Shown here one piece after another: positions 15,952-24,388 of a DNA stretch of 64,000 bases (position 1 is the stretch's first letter; every line of letters starts with the position of its first letter). The notes under the pieces are model-generated. The model saw nothing but the letters and a program-made list of their open reading frames with translations. It was not told the origin of the DNA and did no database searches. This stretch comes from an uncultured Verrucomicrobiales bacterium (lineage in GTDB: Bacteria > Verrucomicrobiota > Verrucomicrobiia > Verrucomicrobiales > Akkermansiaceae). The position numbers and the translations under genes are program-made. The DNA is taken from NCBI GenBank assembly GCA_937958875.1, contig CALGMJ010000016.1:306-64305 (forward strand). The letters run 5' to 3'.

Positions 15952-18300
15952 TTACTTTTTGGATATCGGAGATATTTTAAGAAGCTCTACTTGATAGGGC
16001 TTCATCTCAATTTCTTGGCCTAAAGGAAGACCGTGAATCAGGTCGAATGGTTGGTCTAAGTTTTCACTGCGCGAAAGTTTTACCCGGCGGGAATCTTTAG
16101 AAAGATTGATCAGTGAGATCGCAATGGCCCCATTTTTAAGTTCAGCTTCTTTTGCGATGACGCCATATGCCTTTTTTCCCTGAAGGTCAGTGATGGAAAT
16201 AGGAATCTGTCGAGCTGGAATGAGTGGAGCTAGAATAGGGTGGAGGCGATCAGCGAGCGCGAAAGCATGTCCTTTTGCTGAGATGGGGGTCACGTTTTTG
16301 AGTGTGACTGCGGCGCGATCCTTACCGTGTTCGGTCTTAATGAAATTTTTTTCAGCATCGAGAGCGACCACTTTACCCGGGAATTTTTTCAACGCGGTAA
16401 GGCTGTCCTCTGAAATAAACTGAGTGGGTGGGATTAAGAGGGTATGCTGTTCTGTCAGCTGAGAGAGCTTTGTAGGAGTGGTGAAGCCGAGTGGGAGGTT
16501 GAGCATTTTTCCTGCTTCATAAAGCTTCTGCAGACCTTTCGTATAAGTCTGATTCTGAATCGCTGCTTCTTCACAGTAGAAGATGCGAAAGGGACGTTCC
16601 GTAGATGCCAGTTCGTGAATGGTAGGCGCGTGTGCGTTCAGCTCCTTCATCGTGCGGCCGAAGGAATCCAGTGCAACTGGCTGAGTGATGATCTCGCCGA
16701 CAAAGACGCAGTCACGATCCATGGGGCTGCCGTCTCGATGGCGGCTCCAGACCCAAGCTTCAATCATGTTCATCCCATGAGAAAATGCGAGCCAGAGGGC
16801 ACTTTGAACGTAGTCTCTGCCGAGATTATAATTTTTCCACTTGGCATCCAGTCCATGCCATTCGGAGTCATAGAAAGGTTTTTCAGGGTAGAGGGATTTA
16901 AAGAAATCGAGCGCGATGGATTGCTCTACCCACTCCATGCAGTAGTACTGAGGCCATTCTGGTTTTCCTTTGATGTTCACATTGATGAAATCATGAGGAA
17001 TGGTGGTGAGGTCTGAGCCCATGACATCTTGAAGGTCAGCCAGGTGCTCGACATCGATCCCGCCATCGCGCCAAGTGTCTAGTAAACTTCCGCCGAGAAC
17101 TTTAACCGTGGTTTTCCCGCTTTTAGGATCGTGCTTCTTCATCCCCTGATTGAGGAAGGTGAACCAGTCGTTGGCCCGGTCCATATTAAAACGGCAAAAG
17201 TCGTACCAAATAGGACCGCCGACTAAGGAGGTCGAGATGGGAACGGTGATTGCCTTTCGGGCTGCATTGAAATCTACATGCTGAGTATCATAGCTAGTAT
17301 TGAGCTTTGAAATGTCATTATCGTAACGTTCTTTGAGCCATTTTTCATAGTGATCATAAGTCGCTTCAGAGATCCCATTTTTCGAGAGCCAGCCATCCTC
17401 GCGCGTTGCGAAGTGAGGTTCGTTTGCGAGAAGGTGGATTCGAGAAGCGTCACCCATTTGGGTGATGGCTTCAGGGAGTGTTTGTTCGAAAAGCTGTTCA
17501 TACCATTTTCGGACGAGGGGGCTATCTGGATCACAACGTGTGAAATGACGGCTACCTTTAGTTGTTTCTGGATGCTTTTCCTTCATCCACCCAGCCAGTG
17601 AGTGACCGAGGAAAAAGACGGTAGGGGTGACGCCGACTTTATCATGGCTGATGAGTTGGTCCCTAGTTTGCGCCCTTGTGTTCTGGTGCACTTTGCCATC
17701 TCGTCCTAGCTTCGAAGCCGCCATATAGCTACTGCTGATAGTGCCAAAGGCTTTGAGGAGTTCTGGATCGTTGTGAAGCCAGTTGAAGGTGCTGGGGAAA
17801 ACTGCTCGTCCTTTTTGGAAGACACCACCATTGCCGAGGTTGATGGCGGATTTTGAAAAATCGATGGCTGGCTTTAGGGTGATGTCCTTTTTGAGCTGGG
17901 CGTCGAGTTCCGCCATGGCAAAGCGAGCGACTTCTAAGCTGTCTTTGAGCTCCTCGAAAGGAAGATGAATATCATAGTTGTTGGGGATTTTGTCCTTCCA
18001 CCAGAGATCTTCCATTTCCTTTTTAAGGACTTCCGGGTGATCACGATCATACTGAGCAAAGATTAGAAAGTTTTTGAGGACAACTTGAGAAACCTCGGCG
18101 CGTTCAGTGGAGAGACCCGCCGCCTGCGCTTCTTGAATTTTGGTGTCTAATTTTAGCTGAGCAGAGGATACCTCATTTTTCATCTGCTGCCAGGTCGCCT
18201 CATCGGTAGCTCCATCCCAGCCGAGGACTGCAAAAAGGCTGAGGTAGAAAACTGTGATAATAGAACAGAATGAAAAAAGGAGGGAGTGTTGTTTCGCCAT
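15952..18300 (-). CDS. membrane-anchored/secreted protein, possibly a clan GH-A glycoside hydrolase
   Basis: N-terminal hydrophobic anchor. LLANEPHF (NEP acid/base-like) and DSEWHG (nucleophile-like) motifs are spaced as in a TIM-barrel glycosidase. The family is not recognised with certainty. Confidence 0.45.
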   Translation of the reverse strand: MAKQHSLLFSFCSIITVFYLSLFAVLGWDGATDEATWQQMKNEVSSAQLKLDTKIQEAQAAGLSTERAEVSQVVLKNFLIFAQYDRDHPEVLKKEMEDLWWKDKIPNNYDIHLPFEELKDSLEVARFAMAELDAQLKKDITLKPAIDFSKSAINLGNGGVFQKGRAVFPSTFNWLHNDPELLKAFGTISSSYMAASKLGRDGKVHQNTRAQTRDQLISHDKVGVTPTVFFLGHSLAGWMKEKHPETTKGSRHFTRCDPDSPLVRKWYEQLFEQTLPEAITQMGDASRIHLLANEPHFATREDGWLSKNGISEATYDHYEKWLKERYDNDISKLNTSYDTQHVDFNAARKAITVPISTSLVGGPIWYDFCRFNMDRANDWFTFLNQGMKKHDPKSGKTTVKVLGGSLLDTWRDGGIDVEHLADLQDVMGSDLTTIPHDFINVNIKGKPEWPQYYCMEWVEQSIALDFFKSLYPEKPFYDSEWHGLDAKWKNYNLGRDYVQSALWLAFSHGMNMIEAWVWSRHRDGSPMDRDCVFVGEIITQPVALDSFGRTMKELNAHAPTIHELASTERPFRIFYCEEAAIQNQTYTKGLQKLYEAGKMLNLPLGFTTPTKLSQLTEQHTLLIPPTQFISEDSLTALKKFPGKVVALDAEKNFIKTEHGKDRAAVTLKNVTPISAKGHAFALADRLHPILAPLIPARQIPISITDLQGKKAYGVIAKEAELKNGAIAISLINLSKDSRRVKLSRSENLDQPFDLIHGLPLGQEIEMKPYQVELLKISPISKK

Positions 18301-18625
18301 GATGCGGTGTCAGGGTTTACGTGCCAGATTTTTTGTTTTTTCAGCGGAATCAGCGCAAGTGAGGTGGTCGCGGTAAAGTTCTGGAGAGAGTGAGTCAATG
18401 CTGTTGGTAAAGCACCTTCTTATTTTTAATAAAGATGTAATACAGGGAATCAGAGTGTTACCTAGATTTTGGATCTCCTTTGCTTTGATCGATTTTTCGA
18501 AGCAGAAAATAAGGCTGATCGTTTGGGTGTAATCGTTCCAAATATCGACGATAGACCTAGCATTCAGAGGTAGAATGAAAGCTTTGCCCGTTGTCAGTCC
18601 GTAATTCTGACGTTAATTTCACACA

Positions 18626-19618
18626 ATGACTCGTTTAAAGGATTATCCTGTCATCATGCTTCTCTGCTGGGTGGCTATTTCCTCGCTCGTCTCAGCTCGG
18701 CCTTATTTTAATGATCAAAAGGCTCCTGAGTCTCTGGATGACCTTCAAAACATCCAGAAAGCAGTTCAGGCTAGTCTGCCTAAGGCGCGGGCTGCTACGG
18801 TCTGTGTCGAGCTGAAAGAAGGCTCTGGTTCTGGGGTGATTATTTCTCCAGATGGTTTAGTCCTCACCGCTGCACACGTTTCTGGTGGAGTTGATGAAGA
18901 GCTGACCTTGGTTTTCGAGGATGGGAAAAAGCTAAAGGCCCGTTCACTTGGCCTGAACTCAGACAATGATGCCGCGATGATTCAGATCACGGATCCAGGG
19001 CCTTTTCCATATGTAGATTATGAAACGGTGACGAATTTTGAACTGGGAGACTGGGTGTTTGCGCTCGGGCATTCTGGAGGTTTTGACAAGGAGAGAGGGG
19101 TGGTCACCAGGGTCGGACGAGTTGTGCGCCTTTCTTCAGATACCATTCGGACGGATTGTATGTTGATCGGCGGTGATTCTGGGGGACCGCTTTTTAACAG
19201 TGATGGAACCTTGATCGCCATTCATAGCCGGGTGGGCATGATTAAGGAAGATAGCCAGCATGTCCCTTTGGAAGCTTTTGAGCGGAAATGGTCTGAGATG
19301 AAAGCTTCTGAGTTTTTAGGAAATGGACCTTTTGCTCAACGTCGTAAACCGGGTACGGGATATCTCGGAGTTTCGGTGGCTCTTGAGAGTCATGGAGAAA
19401 GGCTCGTGATTGATAAAGTCGGTGAGGATACGCCAGCCTCTCGGGCGGGGCTCGAAGCAGGGATGGCTCTTCTAAAGCTAAACGACCACACCCTGACCAG
19501 TGTGGAGCAGTTTCAAAAACTCATGGGGAAAATGGCGAAAGGTGATGAAATTCGACTCACTTGGGAACGTCAGGAAGAAATCGAGGAAATCACGGTAGAA
19601 CTGGAGGCGAGACCATGA
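18626..19618 (+). CDS. HtrA/DegP-like trypsin-fold serine protease with a C-terminal PDZ domain
   Basis: Signal peptide. Catalytic triad contexts are LTAAHV (His84), DNDAAMIQI (Asp) and GDSGGPLF (Ser185). The PDZ-like C-terminus includes GYLGV...GLEAGM. Confidence 0.8.
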   Translation: MTRLKDYPVIMLLCWVAISSLVSARPYFNDQKAPESLDDLQNIQKAVQASLPKARAATVCVELKEGSGSGVIISPDGLVLTAAHVSGGVDEELTLVFEDGKKLKARSLGLNSDNDAAMIQITDPGPFPYVDYETVTNFELGDWVFALGHSGGFDKERGVVTRVGRVVRLSSDTIRTDCMLIGGDSGGPLFNSDGTLIAIHSRVGMIKEDSQHVPLEAFERKWSEMKASEFLGNGPFAQRRKPGTGYLGVSVALESHGERLVIDKVGEDTPASRAGLEAGMALLKLNDHTLTSVEQFQKLMGKMAKGDEIRLTWERQEEIEEITVELEARP

Positions 19619-20652
19619 ATCTGAAGCAATTTTTCGTGTTCTTATGGCTTACTAGCCACTTTTTAAATGCCGCAGTGGTAGGCCTAGAACCTGAGCTGCG
19701 GCGTGATGGTCCAGTGATCAAAAAGGTTCTCGATCCGGTTCAGAAAAGTCTTCAGGACCATAGCGCTGTTTTTTATGATGCTAAGACGCGCAAATACTTT
19801 GTTTACGGGACGGTGATGTCTGCTGATGGCTTGATCCTGACAAAGGCGAGCGAGCTGGCGAAAGTGGAAAAATTTACCGTTCGAGTGGGGCGTAAACATT
19901 ATCGTAATCCTGAGCTTCTAGAGGTGGATCATCGATGGGATCTCGCTTTGGTGAAAGTGCCGGCAGATGATTTAAAACCTGCAAAATGGGGTGAAACGGA
20001 GGCCCTGGATCGTGGAACTTGGGTCATTTGTAATGGCTCAACAGACCGGAAATTCCGGCGTCCAAGGATTGGCGTAATTGCTGCGACTGAGCGCGAGATT
20101 CCGGGGCCACCACTTGTCGCTTTAGGGGTGAGGCTGGAGACAAAAGATGGAGCGATCCACATTGGTCCCGTGAGCGAGGCTTCAGGCGCTCATGAAGCAG
20201 GGGTGAAGGAGGGTGATATTATTCTTTCGATTGATGGGGAGCAGCTGAAGAAGCATGAAGAACTCATCGATATTGTAAAAGAACGAGTTCCAGGTGATCA
20301 GATCGCTGTCGAATTAAAGCGGGATGATGAGAAAATTTCTACAAAGGTAGAGCTGTATCCCTATTATAAAGTGTATCCGCCGCAGTCGACACGGAATGAT
20401 CATATGAGCGGGCTAATTTCTGATCGACGCACATCATTCCCAAGAGTGATTCAACACGACATCTTCTCTTCTTATCGAAATATGGGAGGGCCTTTAGTTA
20501 CCTTAGATGGGGTCTGTGTCGGGATGAATATTGCCTGCGTCAGCCGTGTGACTAAATTTGCCATTCCAGCGGAAGAGCTACAGGTAGCTTTTGAGGAACT
20601 AAAAGCGAAGGCCTTCAATAAAGAAGGCCTTCAGGAGGAAGTGGAAGAGTGA
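19615..20652 (+). CDS. trypsin-fold pseudoprotease paralogue with an internal PDZ domain
   Basis: Its ATG overlaps the upstream stop (ATGA). The His position reads LTKASE (Ser79) and the Ser position reads RNMGGPLV (Met290). The PDZ-like segment (GVKEGDIILSIDG) lies between the two barrel halves. Confidence 0.7.
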   Translation: MNLKQFFVFLWLTSHFLNAAVVGLEPELRRDGPVIKKVLDPVQKSLQDHSAVFYDAKTRKYFVYGTVMSADGLILTKASELAKVEKFTVRVGRKHYRNPELLEVDHRWDLALVKVPADDLKPAKWGETEALDRGTWVICNGSTDRKFRRPRIGVIAATEREIPGPPLVALGVRLETKDGAIHIGPVSEASGAHEAGVKEGDIILSIDGEQLKKHEELIDIVKERVPGDQIAVELKRDDEKISTKVELYPYYKVYPPQSTRNDHMSGLISDRRTSFPRVIQHDIFSSYRNMGGPLVTLDGVCVGMNIACVSRVTKFAIPAEELQVAFEELKAKAFNKEGLQEEVEE

Positions 20653-20688
20653 CAATAACGACTCTTCAAATCTCAATGATGAGATAAA

Positions 20689-23217
20689 TCAGCCTTTTGG
20701 TGAGTTTGGTGAGACGGTGACAACCATGCTTTTTGCAGGGTCGAAGAGTTCCTGTGCAAGGGCCTTTGTCTCAGCGGAGGTGACTTTTTCGAGGTGCTCA
20801 GAATGGTGGAGGTGTTTGTCTGCGGGAAGCCCTAAGAGCACATCGAGAGAGGCCATGCGGGCACGGGTGCCTGGGCTTTGATTTCGTAGTGCTTCGCGTG
20901 CTTTGGCATTTGCTTTTACTCGCTGGAGGATTTCTTCAGGGATGCCGGTATCAATGAGTTGATCAATCTGTCCCTGTAGTTCACGGCGGGCGACATCGAG
21001 TTGATCTGGGGCCGTGCCCAGATAAAAGGAGGCAAGACCGGTATTGATGCCATGGAAGACAGAGGTGCTGACATAGTATGCGAGACCCAGCTCTTCCCGG
21101 ATACGGGTGAAGAGGGGGCCAGCCATATCAGAACACCAGGAGTCGATTAGTTCGAGCGGGAAACGGCGGGAATCATTAGCTGAGATCCCGGGGTATCCGA
21201 TGGCGAGGACGGCTTGCTCTTTAGGTAAATGGAGTCCGATTTCTCCAGTTTGAGTCGGGGTTTCGGTGAGTGGAATCTCAGGTGGGTGAGTGGGAAGATG
21301 AGAGAAGTGTTTCTCTAGTTCGGCCACGGTAGTTTCTGGATCTAGATCTCCGAAGAGGGCAATGACGAGATTTGGAGCGGTGAAGTATTTTGAGTGGTGT
21401 GCGCTGATGGCAAGACGGTCCAGAGAAGCGAGAGATTCTTCCGTGCCAGAGGTTGGGATGCCGTAACCTTGGCCTTGCCAGAGGCGGGTGCGCATTTCTC
21501 GGAAAGCGCGGCTAGCGGGGTCTTCGAGAGCTTCTTGAATTTGGGCCAGATGGCTGGCCTTTTCTCGCTCGATGGCATCGCTCGGGAAGGAGGGATCTTG
21601 GATGATTTCAGCGAGGAGTTCGATGATTTGGCTAAGGTCATCTTTGAGGCAGTAGCTGGAGATGGATAGGGTATTATTTCCAGCGCCAGGGCGTAGGCTA
21701 GCACCCAGGCTTTCGAGTGTTTCTGAAATTTCCAGGGCACTCCGATTTTGAGTTCCTTTCAGGAGGAGGCTCGCTAGGAGGGTGTTGATGCCAGCTTGGG
21801 CTGGTGTTTCGGTGAGGCAACCAGCCTGAAGCACGGCTTGGCCGTAAACGACGGGGATTTTTGGGTCATACTGTAGGATGACACGGATGCCATTGCTGAG
21901 AGTGTGCTCGCTGATGGGGCTGCTTTTACTTCCAGATTTACGGGTAAGTGAATCTGCTTGATAGCTCTCAGGCTGAAGGCAGGTGACGGTAAGGCGAGAT
22001 GGGATGAGGTATTTCTGAGCAACTCGGCGAATGTCACCTCCCGTGATGGCATTGAGTTCCTTGAGGCAGTCTCGAGTGTAATTGAGATTTCGGGTGTTAT
22101 GCCAGTTAGACGCTAGATCGGAAGCTCGGCCGGAGGCCGTGGCGAGGGTTTTAAACTGTGAGGCTGAGATTTGGCGCTTTGCCCGTTGAAGTGCATCAGT
22201 GAGATCACTGGTTCCAAGGGCTTGAATTTGAGCGAGCACTTCCTTTTCAATGTCTTCTGAACGGCTGGGATCATTTTCAGAATAGACGCTGAAGAAACCA
22301 GGCCCTACGGGTGGAGACCAAGTGTAGGATCCGATCTGAAGGGCGAGTTCTTTTTCTTCACGGAGAACTCGGTAGAGAGGAGTGGAGCGGCCTCCTCCGA
22401 GGATGGTAGCGAGGAGATCTAAAGCCGCCGCATCTTCGTGAGAAAGAGCTGGAATCGGCCAGCACATGGAAAGATGTGCCGTGGGAATAGCGAATGTTTC
22501 CGTGGCCCGGCGTTCGCCCATTTGTGTAAGTTCACTTGGGAGAGTGATCGGGAATTGCTGTGGCGGCCGAAGTCCTTTTTCGATTTCTCGGGTGATGATG
22601 TTGCAGGCTTCCGTTTCATCGAAGCCACCTGAAAGAACGAGAAAGCAGTTCTGCGGTTGATAGCGTGCGTGATGGTAAGTCTTCATCTCTTCATAGGTGA
22701 TGGCATCGAAGAGGTGGCGATGACCGATGACGGGATGACGACGATTATCGTGTTGGAAGTGGGTGCTGAATAGGAGCTGGGATGAGACAGAGTCAGGGTC
22801 GTCTAATCCCATTGCGATTTCACGACGGATGACATCCTTTTCTTTTTCGAATTCGTCTTCCGGAAATGCAGGCCGGAAGACCATTTCCATGAGCGCGGAG
22901 AGGAAGAGGTCCAGCGACTCGGCGGGGCCATCAATGTAGTAGACAGTGCGGTCGAAGCTGGTGTAAGCATTCCATTGACCACCAGCTGCTTGGACTTCCT
23001 GCGAGAGTTCTTCTCCTGAGAAGCGGTCAGTCCCTTTAAAAACCATATGTTCTAAAAGGTGGGAGATGCCAGAGCCAGCGAGAGCGCTTTCATGCATGGA
23101 GCCGGTCTCCACCCAGATTTGAGCGCTGATGACGGGGGAGTCAGGAGTGGAGTCTAGAATAGTGTCTAGGCCAGGGGCGAGAGTACGGAGGTGAGCCGTG
23201 GTGCTGGGAAATGTCAT
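20689..23217 (-). CDS. M16 (pitrilysin/insulinase) family zinc peptidase, duplicated two-unit form
   Basis: Has the inverted zinc motif HLLEH followed by MVFKGT. Its length of 842 aa is consistent with fused active plus inactive M16 halves. Confidence 0.85.
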   Translation of the reverse strand: MTFPSTTAHLRTLAPGLDTILDSTPDSPVISAQIWVETGSMHESALAGSGISHLLEHMVFKGTDRFSGEELSQEVQAAGGQWNAYTSFDRTVYYIDGPAESLDLFLSALMEMVFRPAFPEDEFEKEKDVIRREIAMGLDDPDSVSSQLLFSTHFQHDNRRHPVIGHRHLFDAITYEEMKTYHHARYQPQNCFLVLSGGFDETEACNIITREIEKGLRPPQQFPITLPSELTQMGERRATETFAIPTAHLSMCWPIPALSHEDAAALDLLATILGGGRSTPLYRVLREEKELALQIGSYTWSPPVGPGFFSVYSENDPSRSEDIEKEVLAQIQALGTSDLTDALQRAKRQISASQFKTLATASGRASDLASNWHNTRNLNYTRDCLKELNAITGGDIRRVAQKYLIPSRLTVTCLQPESYQADSLTRKSGSKSSPISEHTLSNGIRVILQYDPKIPVVYGQAVLQAGCLTETPAQAGINTLLASLLLKGTQNRSALEISETLESLGASLRPGAGNNTLSISSYCLKDDLSQIIELLAEIIQDPSFPSDAIEREKASHLAQIQEALEDPASRAFREMRTRLWQGQGYGIPTSGTEESLASLDRLAISAHHSKYFTAPNLVIALFGDLDPETTVAELEKHFSHLPTHPPEIPLTETPTQTGEIGLHLPKEQAVLAIGYPGISANDSRRFPLELIDSWCSDMAGPLFTRIREELGLAYYVSTSVFHGINTGLASFYLGTAPDQLDVARRELQGQIDQLIDTGIPEEILQRVKANAKAREALRNQSPGTRARMASLDVLLGLPADKHLHHSEHLEKVTSAETKALAQELFDPAKSMVVTVSPNSPKG

Positions 23218-23295
23218 CTTTTGAGAAGATGAATTTTAATAGGGTAACGCGCAAGAAGTTTGCCGAAGTGAGAATTCGTTGATAGTGCTTACACC

Positions 23296-23736
23296 ATGAA
23301 CAGAGGGCTTATCTTAGGAGTCGCGGTGATTTTTTTCACCCTCGTAGGTGCTGGTGGATACTTCTTTTTTGTCCATCAGCCGAATCAGCCCGATGTGCGT
23401 TACATTCATGTCAAAGGGGTGCGTAATCTCTCTGAGCCACAGCGTGATCGAATGCAGCAAATGTGGGAGATGCTAATCAAAAATGATGAGCTTTTATCCA
23501 AGCTAATCGATCACGCAGATATCAAGTCAAAGTGGAATATGACAGAGGAAGAGGCTCTTAAATCTCTGCGGGAACGCCAGCACCTCAAAATTAATAAAGG
23601 TAAGGGGCTGCAGGTCGGGTTCTCTGGGAAACGGAGTGAGCAAGCCGAGCTTAATAAGCTGGCTCAGGGGTTCTTTAGCTACGGGGCACAGATCATTACG
23701 AAAAATTACCCCGAGCTGGGTGAGGCGCTTAGATAG
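23296..23736 (+). CDS. hypothetical membrane-anchored protein
   Basis: A single N-terminal TM helix (LILGVAVIFFTLVGAGGYFFF). No family recognised. Confidence 0.5.
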   Translation: MNRGLILGVAVIFFTLVGAGGYFFFVHQPNQPDVRYIHVKGVRNLSEPQRDRMQQMWEMLIKNDELLSKLIDHADIKSKWNMTEEEALKSLRERQHLKINKGKGLQVGFSGKRSEQAELNKLAQGFFSYGAQIITKNYPELGEALR

Positions 23737-24388
23737 TGGTGATCAGGTCTGCTTTTTCAAAGCGGACTTTAGCCAGGCTAGCATATTTATCATCGCTAGA
23801 ACGGTATCCGAGTGCGCAGGCAACGGAAGTTGTGAGTCCTTTTTCTGATAGTTTCAGGATGTCATCGTACTTCCCTGGGACGATGCCTTCCATGGGGCAG
23901 GCATCTATGCCAAGAGTTGCTGCGCTGGTCATGAGTTGACCGAGGGCGATGTATGTTTGGAGTTTGGCCCACTGTAGTCGAGCGGCTTCATCCATTTGAT
24001 TTACGAAGCCAGACATCATGTCTCGATAGCCCGCGAGGTCTGCGATGTCTCCTCCGCGGAGCTCAACGGTGCGAGCGAGGAATCGGTCGATTTCTGAGTC
24101 ATTCATCTCGGTTTTGGCCGCAAGAACGACGAAGTGAGAGCACTCCGTGACTTGAACTTGGTTCCACGAATGTGGGAGCAGGGCCTCTTTCGTAGCCTGA
24201 TCTTTAATGACTATAAAGTGCCATGGCTGGAGGCCGAAGGATGAGGGCGTGAGTGCGAGGGAGTCCTCAATGCTTGACCAAGTCTCGCTAGGGATTTCGC
24301 GAGCTGGGTCAAACTGTTTGGTGGCGTAGCGCCACTGGAGCTGCTGGAGAAGGATATCAGGTGAGATTGAACTCATACTTCGAATCAT
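23729..24388 (-). CDS. NfsB-like NAD(P)H nitroreductase
   Basis: RYATKQFD, QPWHF and C-terminal similarity to oxygen-insensitive nitroreductases. Its start overlaps the lptD stop (ATGA). Confidence 0.8.
   Translation of the reverse strand: MIRSMSSISPDILLQQLQWRYATKQFDPAREIPSETWSSIEDSLALTPSSFGLQPWHFIVIKDQATKEALLPHSWNQVQVTECSHFVVLAAKTEMNDSEIDRFLARTVELRGGDIADLAGYRDMMSGFVNQMDEAARLQWAKLQTYIALGQLMTSAATLGIDACPMEGIVPGKYDDILKLSEKGLTTSVACALGYRSSDDKYASLAKVRFEKADLITTI

Noticed and set aside
18301-18625. A possible sigma-E/ECF-type promoter (GAACTT-N16-TCTGA) upstream of the HtrA-like gene
   Set aside because: A TCTGA is present, but the nearest -35-like element is about 21 nt away. The spacing is wrong, so the promoter is not supported.
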